Notes: generated by a model not told the origin, from the letters alone. DNA of 64,000 bases from Nemertoderma westbladi (GCA_032718475.1 JAUCBJ010006426.1:1-64000), one strand, 5' to 3'. Shown: positions 1 through 13,494, counted from the stretch's first letter. A program made the numbers and translations.

Positions 1-193
1 AGTTTTTGATAATTTATTTTTTTTGAAATTTAGCCATTTTATTTTGAAAAAATTAATGTTCTAGAACAAATATTTTTTTAGACAAAGGCCTGGTTAGTAT
101 TTAAAAAGAACGGGATGGATATAAAACGTATATAAAATGAATAAAATAACTTTTTAGGCCGCGTTCACACTACCGAGTCAAAGTCAAAGTTAA

Positions 194-1689
194 CCCTATT
201 AAACCTGGGGGGGAGGGGGCCAATATGACCCCCCCCCCCGTGGTTTTTTTATTATAATTCTGAAACAAACGCAGTTGGGAATCTGAAATTTTATGACTTT
301 TCCTAAAAATCTATTATATTCCTAGTAGTGAAAGCCGTTTTCAAAAATATTAGGTAGTTTTCGAGTTATAGCACCATTTTTTAACCCTACTTTTAGCACT
401 TTTTTTGAGACGTTTTTTGAAAATTACATTTCATCAAATATGAATTGTAACATCTCTATTTTTTATTTACACCGGTTTTTTGGTCTTAGCAATTGGATGG
501 AATTCATATAAATTGATTTAGAAATTTCAAACTTGTTTTTTTCGGCGGGTGCCAAATTTTGGTGCCAGCACCAAATTTTGAAATATGTCAATTTTGTAAA
601 TTGATTGTTTGAAACTTATTTTTTACGCAATTGGGGTTTTTTGGGGTTCTGATTTCGATGAAATATATACGAGTTGCACCAAGCGTTTCAAACTTGTATT
701 TTTCGGTGCTGTGTGCAAATTTTGGTGCTAGCACGAAATTTTGAAAATCCATTCAATAGATAAAATTGCTTGTGACAATTTATTTCTTGCATTTTAGAGG
801 TTTATGGCTGTTCTGAATTCAATGGAATATATAATTATCGAACTAGACATCTCAAACTTGTATTTTTCAGAAGTGGGTGCAAAATGTGGTGCTAGCACCA
901 AATTTTGAACACCATCAAATATATCAATTGTCCCATCTTGTTTCATGCGTTATACGGGTTTGTTATGGTTCTGAATTCAATGGAAACAGTAAAAATTTCA
1001 TAAGAGTTTTCAAACTTGTATTTTTCGCCGGTGGGTGAAAATTGTTGGCCAGCACCAAATTTTGGAAAATGAGTAAATTGATCAGTAGATAGTAGCATCT
1101 TGTTTCTTGCGTTATACGGGTTTATGAGGGTCCTGAATCCGATGGAATCAATAAAAACAGCACTGGACATCGCAAACTTGTACTTTTTGGAGATGGGTAC
1201 GAAATTTGGTGCTAGCACCAAAATCTGTCAAATTACGCCGAAAAATACAAGTAGCAATGATCTGGCATATTTGAAATGTATTCCATTAGAATCAGCGCCC
1301 TAGAAAACCTGAAAATGTGAATTTATAGCATCATATAAGTGAATTAAAAATTTTGTGTTCTAACTGAAAAGTGCTGGTTACTTGTTTTTTCATTTTTTTC
1401 CTACGCAGAGAGGACTAAACAGCCATATATCATTTTTAAATATTTTCCAATGTATTTTGCGCCCCAGAAAACCTATATTGAAAAACAATTAGCCGAAAAA
1501 TGTAACTTTCAAATTTTGTGAAAATTGTGCACTACTTGTAATTTTGGTGCTGCAATATTACTACCACCCCAGTAAATTCAGACGTTTTCGTTAATATTTG
1601 TAGATTTTAGAGGGAGGGGTCAATATGACACCCCCCCCCCCCCCCCCCGCGGTATTTGTACAGCATTTTATAGCCCGGTACTAATAGGG
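194..1689. mobile_element. Non-autonomous piggyBac-like element
   Basis: TTAA (190-193) followed by CCCTATTA...; the other end reads ...TAATAGGG (1682-1689). Motif GGGG(C/T)CAATATGAC+polyC near both ends; no coding capacity. The right-hand TTAA is imperfect. Confidence 0.65.
490..1230. repeat. Diverged ~160-bp tandem repeat (5 units), each with a palindromic core
   Basis: AAACTTGT(A/T)TTTT recurs at ~529, 690, 854, 1012 and 1174; each unit contains a version of the palindrome AATTTTGGTGCTAGCACCAAATT. Confidence 0.8.
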
Positions 1690-2680
1690 TTTTAAAAGAC
1701 AAAATGTAAAACATATCACATGAAATTAATTTTTTCTAGAATGCCCTTATGTATTACATTAGGCCTATATAATGTATTATTATTTATTATTGCTAGCTAG
1801 CTATATTTATTTTCTTTTGAATTTGACCTTGACTTTGACTCGGTAGTGTAAACGCGGTCTTAAAATTTTTGAAATTTTTCAATTAAATTATCATGATATC
1901 TAGTAAAATTTATGGTAGCTAATAAATAATAAAAGCAATGATTAAAGTAATTTCAACAAAAAAATTTTTTTTTTAATTTTAAATTTTTATTGTTTCACTA
2001 GCTAATAAAAAGTACTAGCTAACACAAAATCAAAATTTCTAGCTACAATCTTACTGTCAAAATGTCAAATGTTCTAGAATAAAAACCTCATGATAAAAAG
2101 CTATTTTTCAAAAGAAAAAATTGGACTTCTGGATTTCTCTCACAAAAAAACCGCTTTATCTAATACTGTTTAATTCAATTTGAATATATTTATAAAAACC
2201 TTTAAAAAGGATTGTCCCATGCAATACAATATTCCATTGGAGCCACTAAAATTCAAAATGACCTCTATTGGACACTGTTCATAAAGGGCCACCAAAAAAT
2301 GAAATGGCTCTTACAAGACAAGACATTGTCCATTAGAGCAGAGCCACTTAAATATGAAATATATTTCAGGCAATTTTCCCTTAAAGCCATTCAAATCTGA
2401 AATGGTCCATATTGGATAGTGTCGCTTGGAGCCACTCAACTATAATGTGGCCCGATATTAGCCAATTTTTATCAAACGCCTTTGAAAAGGCAATGGCCCA
2501 TGCAAGACCATGTTCCATTTGAGCCAAAAGTTCGAAATGGCCTTAATTAGTCACTGTTCACAAAGGGCCACTAAAAAATATAATGGTTCTTACAAGACAA
2601 TGTCCCCTTGGAGCCACCCAATTGACAAATATTATTTAGATTATCTAAAAATAAAAAAAATAAAATGTTTGTTACAATAT

Positions 2681-3263
2681 ATTTTGTTACATTATGTCAA
2701 CTTAACAGCGTTCTGGTGAATTACTCATAACGCTGCAAAGTACTACTTTGCAGCGTTGCGGCCTATAGGACGGAACGTTGCAAAGTAATCAATGACATGG
2801 AAACAACTTCAATTACCGTATTCCAGAATGTATTATTTCCATTTATGTTAATGATTGCAGCTTTATTATCCAATTTGCAGTGACGGGACTAGCTACTGGA
2901 TGTAAATAATTGTTTAACATGTACTGTAATCCATTATGGCGAAACGTCCAATAGAAGACACTAAATTAACCAAAGAAAGTGACGACAGTGTTCAGTAAAA
3001 CTGTACGGACACAGAAGGTGAATAAGTTTGCTTCAGTCGACTATAGTCAAGATGGATTAATGATTTATCACATCCAAGCAGGAGATAACTTCCAATAAAC
3101 TTTAATTAGATTTAAATGTATAATTAATACTGTGTACCAGTGTACCTGTTAATAAATTTCACTTATATTCGATATAGTACATGATTAAAATGTATAAATG
3201 AGCAACCATAAAATCCTTTCTTCACAAACCGAACGCTGATAAGTTGACATAATGTAACAAAAT
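2681..3263. repeat. 33-bp inverted repeat pair, probably part of a non-autonomous element
   Basis: ATTTTGTTACATTATGTCAACTTAACAGCGTTC (2681-2713) vs its reverse complement at 3231-3263 (1 mismatch); direct repeat CATAACGCTGCAAAGT(A/G)CTACTTTGCA at ~2727 and ~3370. Confidence 0.6.
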
Positions 3264-5100
3264 TACATACATCATTGCTTGCAAAGGTCACTTTTCAGCG
3301 TTAAAGACCCTTGTTTATTGATGTAAACCTCCCTCGCTGCGCTCGCTCGGTACATAAATAAACTCGGGTCATAACGCTGCAAAGTGCTACTTTGCACACA
3401 ATGATGTAAATAGTTATTAGATTTAATTAATACGGGATAAAATTCACATTATATTTAATAGGCCTATAGATAATTGTTACATTAGGGTAAGAGGCAAAAC
3501 GTCTACATTTATGTCTCCAATATATGAATTACTGGTGGGGGATGGAATTCGTAGGGGTCGTAAGATGTATTTAGGCTCTATAAACTAATCCCCCACCAAT
3601 GACAAAATGTTAATAATGAAGTGTATAGTATGCGAAATAGTGATAAGTTATCCTTCCTAGAGGTACCGCGAACGGTCATACATTATTTCTTAAAAAAGCA
3701 CAAATTTTAATCGCTTGTCAGTGAGAATTTATTAAAACCTGTTGTTATTTACAGTATTGTTATTTACAATTTAACATATTTTGTTTGCACAAGTTTCGAT
3801 CTTCAAACGGCTGAGACATCCAAATAGTGGCGCAAATTGACCATTAGTGAAAAGGTATTGTTTATTGTTTTGGGTAGAAAACACCGCCACTAATGTTTGA
3901 AATTTAAATAAATAAATTTTTTAAATCATCTAAAAAACACATATTTTGTGTTTCCGGTCACTTTGCGCCATTAACTCGAGAAATCACATCCGCGTTTTTG
4001 ACTGTCGATCATAAGTGATAATAATTATCTATAACGAAAGACTTAAAATCGTCTAAAAACTACTTATTGTACAACTCATAATCAGAAATTACACAAAAGT
4101 GAATTGTATGCGTTATTGTAGATATTTATATTTTTTAAAATATTTGCAAAGGCATTTTTGGCTGTAGAATTAAATTGATAATAAATACTATTGTTTACCG
4201 CTAGGGGTGCAAGTTAAATTCATAAGAACTAAAGGCAATTTCCTTGTAATTGTTTATTTTGGGCCATTATGCCTAGATTGGGCCATTTTGTTCTAGGTGG
4301 GCCATATTTGCCCTAAGAGGACGTGTACCTTTTGGGCCATCGTAGTAGGATTAGGGCCATTGCTCCAAGCCCAAGGCCATTTAAGGGCCATTGGACCTTT
4401 AAAAGGTGGCCCTAATAGTGGGAAAGCTTATATATATATATATATATAATATTGCATTATTATGTTCGGGGATGGCACAACGAAATGAAAGACATTTCAA
4501 TTTCGTTTCACTTTACATTTTTATGTAAATTTAATTTATTAATTAAACATTATTTAAACTGATTTGTTGGTTAGTATGTTCCATAAATTTTTATATATCT
4601 TTGTAGATGAAAATAAAGTGCAGGTGAAGACCTATATGGGGGTTAAAGGCCTGAGCTCAACAAAAGGATTCACGTACAAGGTAAGTTTAGTTACAATCTA
4701 TAAAACAATTTCAATACAAAGTCATAAGATATGCGATCCCCCCATGGTTTCCCATAAACATCGCTATGATCCATGATATGTGGGTTGCAGCTTTATTAGT
4801 TTTATACTGCGTTTTCGGTTATTCTCATTATTAGGTACATTAACCCTATTTGACCCGGGGGGGGGGGGGGTATTTTTTAGTAGTTCAGTGGGCACTAACG
4901 TCTCGCTGGCACTAGCGTCCTATTGGTCATTATTAGTGCCCGCGATAATGCGAATAAGTCACTAAAGGTACTGAGACATTACTGCCTGTGGGCACTAATG
5001 TCTCGTGGGCACTAACGTCGCAAGGCCCATTGGTGTAACATCACAATAATATAATGACTTTGGGCAATTAATATTTTTTAATGCTTTTTTAAAAATTCCT

Positions 5101-5556
5101 GGGACACCTAACGTTGCATTTCCACATAAACGTTGCCACGTATGTTATATGGGTGGAGTTAAAGCAGTAAAGAAAAGTTGCTTCCACTGCGACAGGTGTG
5201 GTGAAAATCCGGGACTCTGTCTGTATTGGTGATTGTTTTAATAACTACCACAAATATTGAAATTAATATTGTGAATGTATTGATTTTCAAATTCTAATAA
5301 TTTTATCATTAAAAATAATGATAATAAATAATAATATAATGAAATTTGTTGTGTTCTATGGCCTAACTGTTAATTCATATTATGTGTGCTATGGCCATAC
5401 TATTATGCCAAGGGGGGTCAATCAACTCTACTCACTGATACCTAACCGGATCTAAAAATAGTTTTGAGTTATCTACGTTGACAAAAATTGTATCACTATT
5501 GCAAATAGTTCAGCACACTAGTGTGGATAAAGTTTTGGGGTTCAGACAGGAGAGGG
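5101..5556 (+). mobile_element. 3' relic of a piggyBac (cysteine-rich C-terminal domain and right end)
   Basis: Manual translation from 5101: ...HKRCHVCYMGGVKAVKKSCFHCDRCGENPGLC / (4-bp insertion) IGDCFNNYHKY*, a piggyBac-type CRD; ends ...AGAGGG followed by TTAA (5557-5560). Confidence 0.75.
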
Positions 5557-6360
5557 TTAATATCTGGTTTGGGGGCAGGTCAATTCCTATAGTCGCAATA
5601 CGTTGGAGCCTCACTGATGAATTGTTTTAATGTATTTATTGGAAATACCAAATTTCATTAAGTTCCAAACAATTTGTGATATTCATGTATGCCCAAAATA
5701 GAATTATCTAATAAAGTAATAACTCCGCACTTTAAGTAGCATATACATTAAGTTATTTATTACTTCTGTGTTATGATTATGAATGTGTGAATTATGAGTT
5801 GTTAGAGTCTGGTTCGATATAATGCAGTTACATTCTACCCCCTTTTAAACCCCTTTAGAGTTTAGGTGCACTCTATTTATTAAGTTCTACCACCAGATAG
5901 AACTCGTCGTAAGCTTTTAAATGATACCAATATCTTAATTTCGTTCAAATTCGAGTTACATGGGTTTGCCTTAGGACGGCAGAACTTAATGTGGTACACA
6001 GTCATGGTAGTTGGTCACAACTTACTTTAAACTTTCGGAAATTGTGAGTTAAATATAAAATTTATATTGCTTAATGTTTATTTTAAAACTTATTGATTCA
6101 TATAGGCGAAGTCGGGATCTTTCGTGGCAAATGTGGTCCTCATCCGTAACCACATTAACAAGGAACTACAACGTTATGGAAACCGCGAGTGGAACGTCTT
6201 CGGTTGGGCGAAGTTTGCGGTAACCACTGACGAATACGACACATCTGTTTCCTCAGCGAGGCTTCACTTCTGCAGCATCAGACCTGTAGACCACCACATT
6301 GTATTTGAGAAGTTCATTGTGCCCGTGGTTGTTCCCTATTTCGTCCATCCCTAGGTTGAA

Positions 6361-6678
6361 GGTCCCCCTCCTGCTGGCGGGGGTGACGCCCAACACGCAA
6401 GACCCCCTCCTGCTGATGGGGGTGATGCCCAACTCATAGGTCCCCCTCCTGCTGGCAGGGGTGATGCCCAACATGTAGGTCCCCCTCCTGCTGACGGGGG
6501 TGATGCCCAACTCGTAGGCCCCCCTCCTGCTGGCAGGGATGATGCCCAACACGTAGGTCCACATCCTGCTGACAGGGGCGATGCCCAACTCCTAGGTCCC
6601 CCTCCTGCTGGCGGGGGCGACGCCCAACACGTAGGTCCCCCTCCTGCTGGCGGGGGCAGCGCCCAACCCGCGGTATAA
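6361..6678 (+). repeat. 39-bp GC-rich tandem repeat (~8 units), open on + as (GPPPAGGGDAQHV)n
   Basis: Unit GGTCCCCCTCCTGCTGGCGGGGGTGATGCCCAAC..; stop-free in the same frame as ORF 6124-6354, separated from it by one TAG. Confidence 0.85.
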
Positions 6679-6719
6679 GCTATAGAATGTCGACTAGTAT
6701 GTCTGCTGCTTTTTGGGAC

Positions 6720-7508
6720 TTTTGAACGGAGCTTAATACGTTGTTTGAACTGAGCTTAATACATTTTTTGAACTGAGCTTAATACGTTTTTTACTATGTT
6801 GTTTGAACTGAGCTTAATTTGTTTTTTACTACGTTGTTTGAACTGAGCTTAATGCATTGTTTGAACTGAGCTTAATGCGTTTTTGAATACTTTGTTTGAA
6901 CTGAGCTTAATAATACCTTTTTTAATACGTTGTTTGAACATGCTTAATACGTTTTTTACTACGTTGTTTGAACTGAGCTTAATGCATTGTTTGAACTGAG
7001 CTTAATGTGTTTTTTAATACGTTGTTTGTACTGAGCTCAATGCGTTGTTTGAACTGAGCTTAATACCTTTTTTAATACATTGTTTGAACTGAGCTTAATA
7101 CGTTTTTTACTACGTTGTTTGAACTGAGCTTAATACATTTTTTGAACTGAGCTTAATACGTTTTTTACTATGTTGTTTGAACTGAGCTTAATTTGTTTTT
7201 TACTACGTTGTTTGAACTGAGCTTAATGCATTGTTTGAACTGAGCTTAATGCGTTTTTGAATACTTTGTTTGAACTGAGCTTAATAATACCTTTTTTAAT
7301 ACGTTGTTTGAACGGGCTTAATACGTTTTTTACTACGTTGTTTGAACTGAGCTTAATGCATTGTTTGAACTGAGCTTAATGTGTTTTTTAATACGTTGTT
7401 TGTACTGAGCTCAATGCGTTGTTTGAACTGAGCTTAATACATTTTTTAATACATTGTTTGAACTGAGCTTAATACGTTTTTTACTACGTTGTTTGAACTG
7501 AGCTTAAA
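6720..7508. repeat. Minisatellite with core TTGTTTGAACTGAGCTTAAT and a ~374-bp higher-order duplication
   Basis: More than 25 core copies; diagnostic variants (e.g. CTGAGCTTAATAATACC at 6901 and 7275) recur with a 374-bp period. Confidence 0.9.
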
Positions 7509-7710
7509 CTTCTGTTACCTGGGATCATGGATCCGGAAGTCAGCTGACGACCTTCGAATACGTAAGGGAAAGGCATGGGCAGCCTTGAATAGGCTTTCCA
7601 GGATTTGGAAGTCACCGAGAATTAATCGGAAACTTAAGGTCCGATTATTTAGAGCAGCAGTAGTTCCAGTACTCCTCTACGGGAGTCCATGCTGGGCTCT
7701 AACTGCTGAG
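7506..7710 (+). pseudogene. Fragment of non-LTR retrotransposon RT C-terminal (thumb) region, RTE-like
   Basis: FCYLGSWI...RIRKGKAWAALNRLSRIWKS...LKVRLFRAAVVPVLLYGSPCWALT matches the typical post-RT 'YLG...K.RLF...V..VLLYG.E.W' pattern. Confidence 0.8.
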
Positions 7711-8629
7711 GACAAATTTTGCCAAAGTCAGCAAGTCAGTATTCCTGTATATTCCCTGCAGTTGAGTGAGTGCGAGTACATAACTCTAGTCTCTAAAGGG
7801 CATAAAAGCTATAATTCTAATCAACAATCTGTTATAATTACCGTAAGTCTTTCATAAATCGTAAATCATATATTATTTAGAGCGCGACACCTAAACGGAA
7901 CTGTTCATACTATCCTGAAAGTGAACAAAGTTGTTAGGAATTACTGTAGTATATAGCGAGACTCAATCGATAACGGCCTAATATTTCGTCTGCCGATAGA
8001 ATTCAGATCCCCTTTGGGTCACACACTGCGCTGGTTTGTCTTTTATCTGATGTTCTTTCTTTGGTCTGGCTTAAGCACGTTTTCTGTGACAATTAAATCA
8101 GCAGGTAAACCCCTTGGGGACCATGTCATACATGGAAGTCATCACCAACTGTCCAGCGTCATTCATGGTATGTCATTGACTTGCTTAAAGAGCTAAATGG
8201 TTTGGAAATGTTCAGGACTGTAAATGCAGTGCTTCTTGTGGCTTCAGGAGACTTCCTGATACAGTAGATGTAGGCCTATTACATTATCTGTCAGCAGGTC
8301 AGTAGTACTGTAGTAGCCTAGCTAGCTGTTAGGTATACACAGTGTAGGTTTTACTAGGTTCACTATGTTTCTTCAGCTGAACACTAGGCAATAGATATTG
8401 TCTAAATTGATGGTGGAGGATCATTAATATCCGAGGCGACAGCGCAACATGTTATGGCGGTATGGCAATGATGACAGAGAACGTAGACGACACGGATTCT
8501 GATGATATATCTAATGATAGCAGTTCCACCGATGATGGTGACATCAGTAGTTCAGACTCAGGTGACTACTCTGATTGTCTTTATTCATTGCACAGTCAAG
8601 GCCATAATTGGGAGTTTGTAACTGGGGTG

Positions 8630-9200
8630 TCAGATGCTCGTGCGAGTTCTCCGTTTACCAGTACGCCAGGTTGGCAAAATAGAATCAGTTGGGAACACAA
8701 AGCCCAATTTCGCCTCATTTTGATTTTGTGTCATCGCTGGAAGACACCGCTTGATGCGTTCGCGATCAGATAACCTGTCGTAGACTGGCATATATTTATG
8801 CCAGTCGGGTTTTATGAATGGTTTGTTTGTATAGCTTGGATCATTTTTTATATACTTACACCATGATGCAGGGCAATCTTTATGCTGAGATTTGGGATCT
8901 TTGTATGAAGTATAATGGTGCACAGCAGCCATGATCTATTTAATTATTGTATCCAATAATTCATTCAGTTTTAGATCAGATAATTTTTTGTAATCAACAT
9001 CTGCAACATGTAACACACTAGAGTTCCGGTAAAAGCTGCTAAGTTTGTATATTTGTTTCTGGGTGAGACCACCTTTTCCACCGATTTTGTGGCTCTGGCG
9101 AACATTATCTAAGCCATGAGTCATCCGTTTCGCCACATTATTAATGCACTCAAATTGTGAAACTGGGTGGTCAGTACCACATGTCAAGTCATTCAAAGAG
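8630..9200 (-). pseudogene. Decayed DDE transposase fragment, Mutator-like (PF20700-type) family
   Basis: Motifs ECINNVAKRM, GGKGGLTQKQI.KL..FY, HH..S...QH..CP.SWCKY and RCL...TQNQNEA, split by a stop codon. Confidence 0.7.
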
Positions 9201-10669
9201 TGTGTCTTTGGTATATTATATCATGAAGGGGGAAGTTAGAATCAGTGCATAAATGCAGTTCATCTAACTTCCCCCAAATATCCACTGTTGAATAAATTTG
9301 AAGTAATATATTACAGGCGAAAAGGTGCGAGTTTTTTATTAAATAGTGTGTTTCATTTGTTATTTGATCTCTCTTTATTGTTTAAAGTGCATTTAATATC
9401 ATACTGGTTTTTTAGAATATTACAACCTTATGTTTTATTAATTTACCCAAAGGAATCGTTATACAAACCGGTTATTTGTACACCTATCCATAATGCGCTC
9501 AGTAAGGTGCAAACAACATATTAATATGAAAATAAAGTATCTGCAACGAAAAGAACCCAATACTATGCTATTTGACCTTATTAAAAATTTTGCACTTTGG
9601 TACACATATTTGTACAAGTGCACTTTGGTGGATCCTAAAGATGGTTCCTTTTTAATACACTTATGTTTATCCTCTACCGACCTACGATAGTATAAGATCA
9701 AGTGTCAGTTACTAAAAGTGTCAAAAATGCAATTTAATAAATCACGACATTTGCGATTTTGGACTATATTCAAGGAGATTTTAAATAACTTTATAGACAT
9801 AAAAAGGTAAACAAATGTTAAGATTTATAGTTAGAAATCACTCCAAACTACATTTTAATCAAAACAATAACATTCTACGACTTAAGAACTTTAAATAATA
9901 GTGTTTGAAATATCGAAAAAATGTGCACTATTTAAGTGCATTTTGCATTTAAGAACATGCGTCTTTTCCCAAGTTGTATGCTATTTCACACACTACAATC
10001 TATCCTCTATCCAATGAAAAAAGTTTCAGATCAAATGGCCCAGTAGAACCGAAGTTATTGATGTTTAAAAATAGTCACTCAAAAATTTCAAATTCACTTG
10101 GTCACATAGTCTAGTCGTGGTTATCAATCACGTTAATGTTAATAAAACCTAAGTTCGCGGGTACGAAATCCAATATTGACCATTCTTATTTTTTTGCAAA
10201 AAAAAATTATTTTTATTTTTTCACTAAAATCGCTCTAACTTCGGTTCTGGTGGTCCAAATTCAATAAAATTGGTATATTCTTTGCCATAATTTTTTTTGA
10301 TATACATCAGATAATATTTCAGACAGTATATTTTCCGGTTCCTGTTGCAGTGGAAGAGGGAGAGAAGGGCGAAAATCATGTTAATTGATAGTTTCAAACA
10401 CTTGCATCGTTAAACCAGTCGAGGTCGACTGTACGTTAACAGGAACTGGTTGTGGTTGCAGATGGTGTTTCATTGAAAGACAGAATTCTTGAGACACTAA
10501 TTGACTGGGTAACATTAATCTCGAATGGAGATTGCGAAATTGTTAGGGGGTGATAGGTGGTGAATGCGGAGGTGGCATTTTGTGTTTAACACGACTCCCT
10601 TAATCATCCCTTGATTCCTTCTAATTCTTCTAAGAATATTTTAAGTTCTGACCCCATACATTTTAACTA

Positions 10670-11330
10670 GTTTGGGCTGCGATATACGCGGATATTGGGT
10701 ACACGCTGCCTGCCTGAATATTTCAGCATCTGAGATACAAATTCTGGCCAAATGTAAATACTGTAAAGTTGTCTGCTCTCAGTACAAATCTATGGGTAAC
10801 CTCACAACAACCTCTGAGACTTCATCTTCTGAAGTCAAAATGTTGTCCGACTTGCATTCCTTGCTCTAGAAAGAGCTCAGTTCTCTCACGTCTGCCACCC
10901 AAAAGGTTTGCATTGATGAAAACACATCTGGTGAGATTTCGGATCAAAAGTTAGATACTGAGAACAGTGAGAGCATGAGGAGGGAAATCTCATTCTAAAC
11001 CAGCCCATGTATTTACTGCGGGGATGTGGCCAAAGAAGTACAAAATCAGCAGAAACGTCAAAACAATATTTTCATTACGGGTCTCAATTCCAGATGAAGT
11101 GTCTGACGATCTACATACTGTCAATGACTTTCTCACAACAAGTATCAATGCTGATCTTGCAGATAGTGTGGAAAAGGTTCTATTTCGATGTCGAGGTAAC
11201 AACAATAAATCATCTATGCTTATTGTGAAGGTTAAATCCGTAGGACTTAAAGAAGATAATTATGACGAATAAACAAAAACTGAGAAGCTTGCCTTCCTCT
11301 AATGTATTTATTTCTCCAGACTTAAAGTGA
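10670..11330 (+). pseudogene. Decayed LINE ORF1 (PHD finger plus CR1/L2-type C-terminal motif)
   Basis: GCDIRGYWVHAACLNIS...CKVVC (PHD-like); KQKLRSLPSSNVFISPDL at ~11270-11325 resembles the ORF1 'VFI.PDL' motif; several stops and frameshifts. Confidence 0.55.
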
Positions 11331-11564
11331 ACAAGCATATCTTCAAAGGTGTGAACAATGGCAGAATTGGAACTGCCAAGCCAGTACCAGTGCATCATGC
11401 ACTGTGCATGGGCCTACCAATAATACCAATGGTAGTAATAGGCCTTCCCTATGGGTAGGCCTATTAATACGCTGGTGCAGATGCAGTCAGTAAATATACC
11501 GTTCTCCATCATTTGGTTTATATAGAGCATTGCCAAGAAATGGTGCAATTCTTCTGAAGACCCG

Positions 11565-13490
11565 TAGATAGATAGATTTATTTATACATTATGTAAAAAC
11601 AATAACAAATACACCAAACAATGTACCGGTATAAAGGTATTGTCCAACATAACATATAGGATTACCCCTAAAGCTTTGCAGCTTATTTCCAAGGGGGTCC
11701 TTTATGTTACTTGGTTACAAATACAATATTACACTACGCTAACCTAAAACCAATATAAAACGTAATTACACTATGTACATGTACAACTTTACCGAGAGCG
11801 TGACAATGTCCGACTCAACGATAAAGATGTAATGTACAGAACAATTTATTATAAAACGTAATTACAGTATAAATAGTAAATAATTAATAAACTAATAACT
11901 TACTGTAGGACTATTGTACCTATTTTTACATTGCACACGGAGGTGAGATTTAACTGCAGATTTAAAAGAATGTTGATTATTTAGGTTTTTAATTTCATTA
12001 GGCAGAGCGTTCCAATTTTTAATGCCGTTAAAAAAGAAAGTATCAGATTCAATGGATTTACAATTCGGGAGGTAGAAGTTTGAAGCACTAGCTCTGGTAC
12101 TGTAAGAGTGTGTATCACGTACTCTGTTGAATTTTTGTTTTAGGTAATTGGGACATTTACCATTATACACTTTATGCACATGGTTAAGGCGTAGCTGCTT
12201 AACTCGACTATCTAAGCTTAAGTAGTCCAGATTCAGAAAAGTCATCTGGAGTTAGGTGGTGCCTAGGTTTGTAGTCTTTAATAAATCGTACTACTTTATT
12301 CTGAGCTACTTGTAATTTACATTTAAGCTGTTTGGTTAAGCCTTCATACCAAGAAGAGCACGCATAGTCCATGTGACACTGTATTAAAGAAGAGCAAAGT
12401 AACTTGCGGGAGTCGGTGTTTAAACTATTTTTATTTCTGTATAGAAATAGTATAGTAATTCTGGTAGAATCTCGAATAATTTGTTTTAAACCAAACAAAT
12501 TAAAATACTTTGGTACTGTTTACAGATGGGGGATGCTTTGTGATGGTAACAGATATTAAAATCACCTAAGAAATATATTTCACAGTCTGACCTAAGATTA
12601 CATAAAATTGTATTTTCAAAATTTTGCAAAAAATCTGATTGTTTAGGGGGCCGATATAAAGTACCGATTAAAATAGGTTTAGTTTTAGGAAGTAAAAGTT
12701 CCACCAGTAAAACTTCGTCACAAGACTCTAAATCTTCCCTACGATTAAAAGCTAAATCACATCGAATGTAAGTACAGACACCACCACCGTGTCTGTCCCT
12801 ATCCTTATGTAAAACTACATAATTATCAATATAAGTTTCTCCATCAGAAACGCTATCATCGAGCCAACTTTCAGAGATTGTTAAAACTGCTGGGTTGGAT
12901 TTATTGATTAAAATACGAATTTCGGAAAGTTTGGGAAGCAGAGATCGCATTTAAATGCAAAAAATGCAGACCTTTTTTCTTAGAAAATTTAAAAGTTTCA
13001 CTCTCAGCATCACTTGGAGTTTGCAGAGGCGATGTGAGGAATGAATCGTCGGTTTCTGATTCTAAAATAGTATCATGAAAGGGAAGTTTGGTAAAAATAC
13101 AGCTATTGCGGAGAAAACTTGGCTCAAGATTGTTTCTGGTGGAGAATAAATTACTGCTTTTCCTACGGGTAACATTTTAAATGTACAAATGTGTCACAAC
13201 TCTCGCATTGGACGATCTTACTCCGAGAGTTTGTTCCTCGTTGTAGGTGTATTGTATTACCCGTATTGTAGGTGTTCTGCACTGAGATTTTGACTATCTA
13301 CTGTTTTCTGTTTATTTAGTTGATCAACAGACTGTCTGATATCGGACACTGTAAAGAGTTGACAACTGTTCATCTTACTATCATCTAAATCTATTACTTC
13401 AATAGGCGAGTTTCCATGATCCGCAGCTATTCCAAATCGCTTTTTATAGTCATTAAAGAGTTGATCAGCGTGTATATGCCAATGGGAGGT
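11565..13490 (-). mobile_element. Internally deleted L2/CR1-group LINE (PHD, APE endonuclease, ORF2 C-terminus, 3' UTR)
   Basis: PHD remnant KIVQCESCDTFVHLKC (~13170-13220); APE motifs HLNA..L, ISESWL, GGGVC.YIR, YRPP, GDFN; then directly LIQCHMDYACSSWY...LQVAQNKVVRFI...WNALP; 3' tail (TAAA)(TCTA)n at ~11565-11585. RT core absent. Confidence 0.85.
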
Positions 13491-13494
13491 GCTT

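Larger units (their letters stand above)
157..1859. mobile_element. Non-autonomous TIR element (PIF/Harbinger-like MITE) interrupted by a piggyBac-like insertion
   Basis: Left end GGCCGCGTTCACACTACCGAGTCAAAGTCAA (157-) is the near-perfect reverse complement of TTGACTTTGACTCGGTAGTGTAAACGCGGTC (-1859); TTA on both sides (154-156, 1860-1862), the 3-bp TSD typical of PIF/Harbinger. Confidence 0.75.

Noticed and set aside
6720-7508. CRISPR-like array of conserved ~20-bp repeats
   Set aside because: Intervening sequences are very short and themselves repeated; no cas genes; eukaryotic TE context.
8462-8773. Acidic Asp/Ser-rich ORF as a gene
   Set aside because: Low complexity and overlaps the antisense strand of the transposase relic; cannot be assigned.
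9227-9275. 13-bp stem GGGGGAAGTTAGA...TCTAACTTCCCCC as a terminator or ncRNA
   Set aside because: Isolated, with a long loop and no supporting context; probably a TE remnant.
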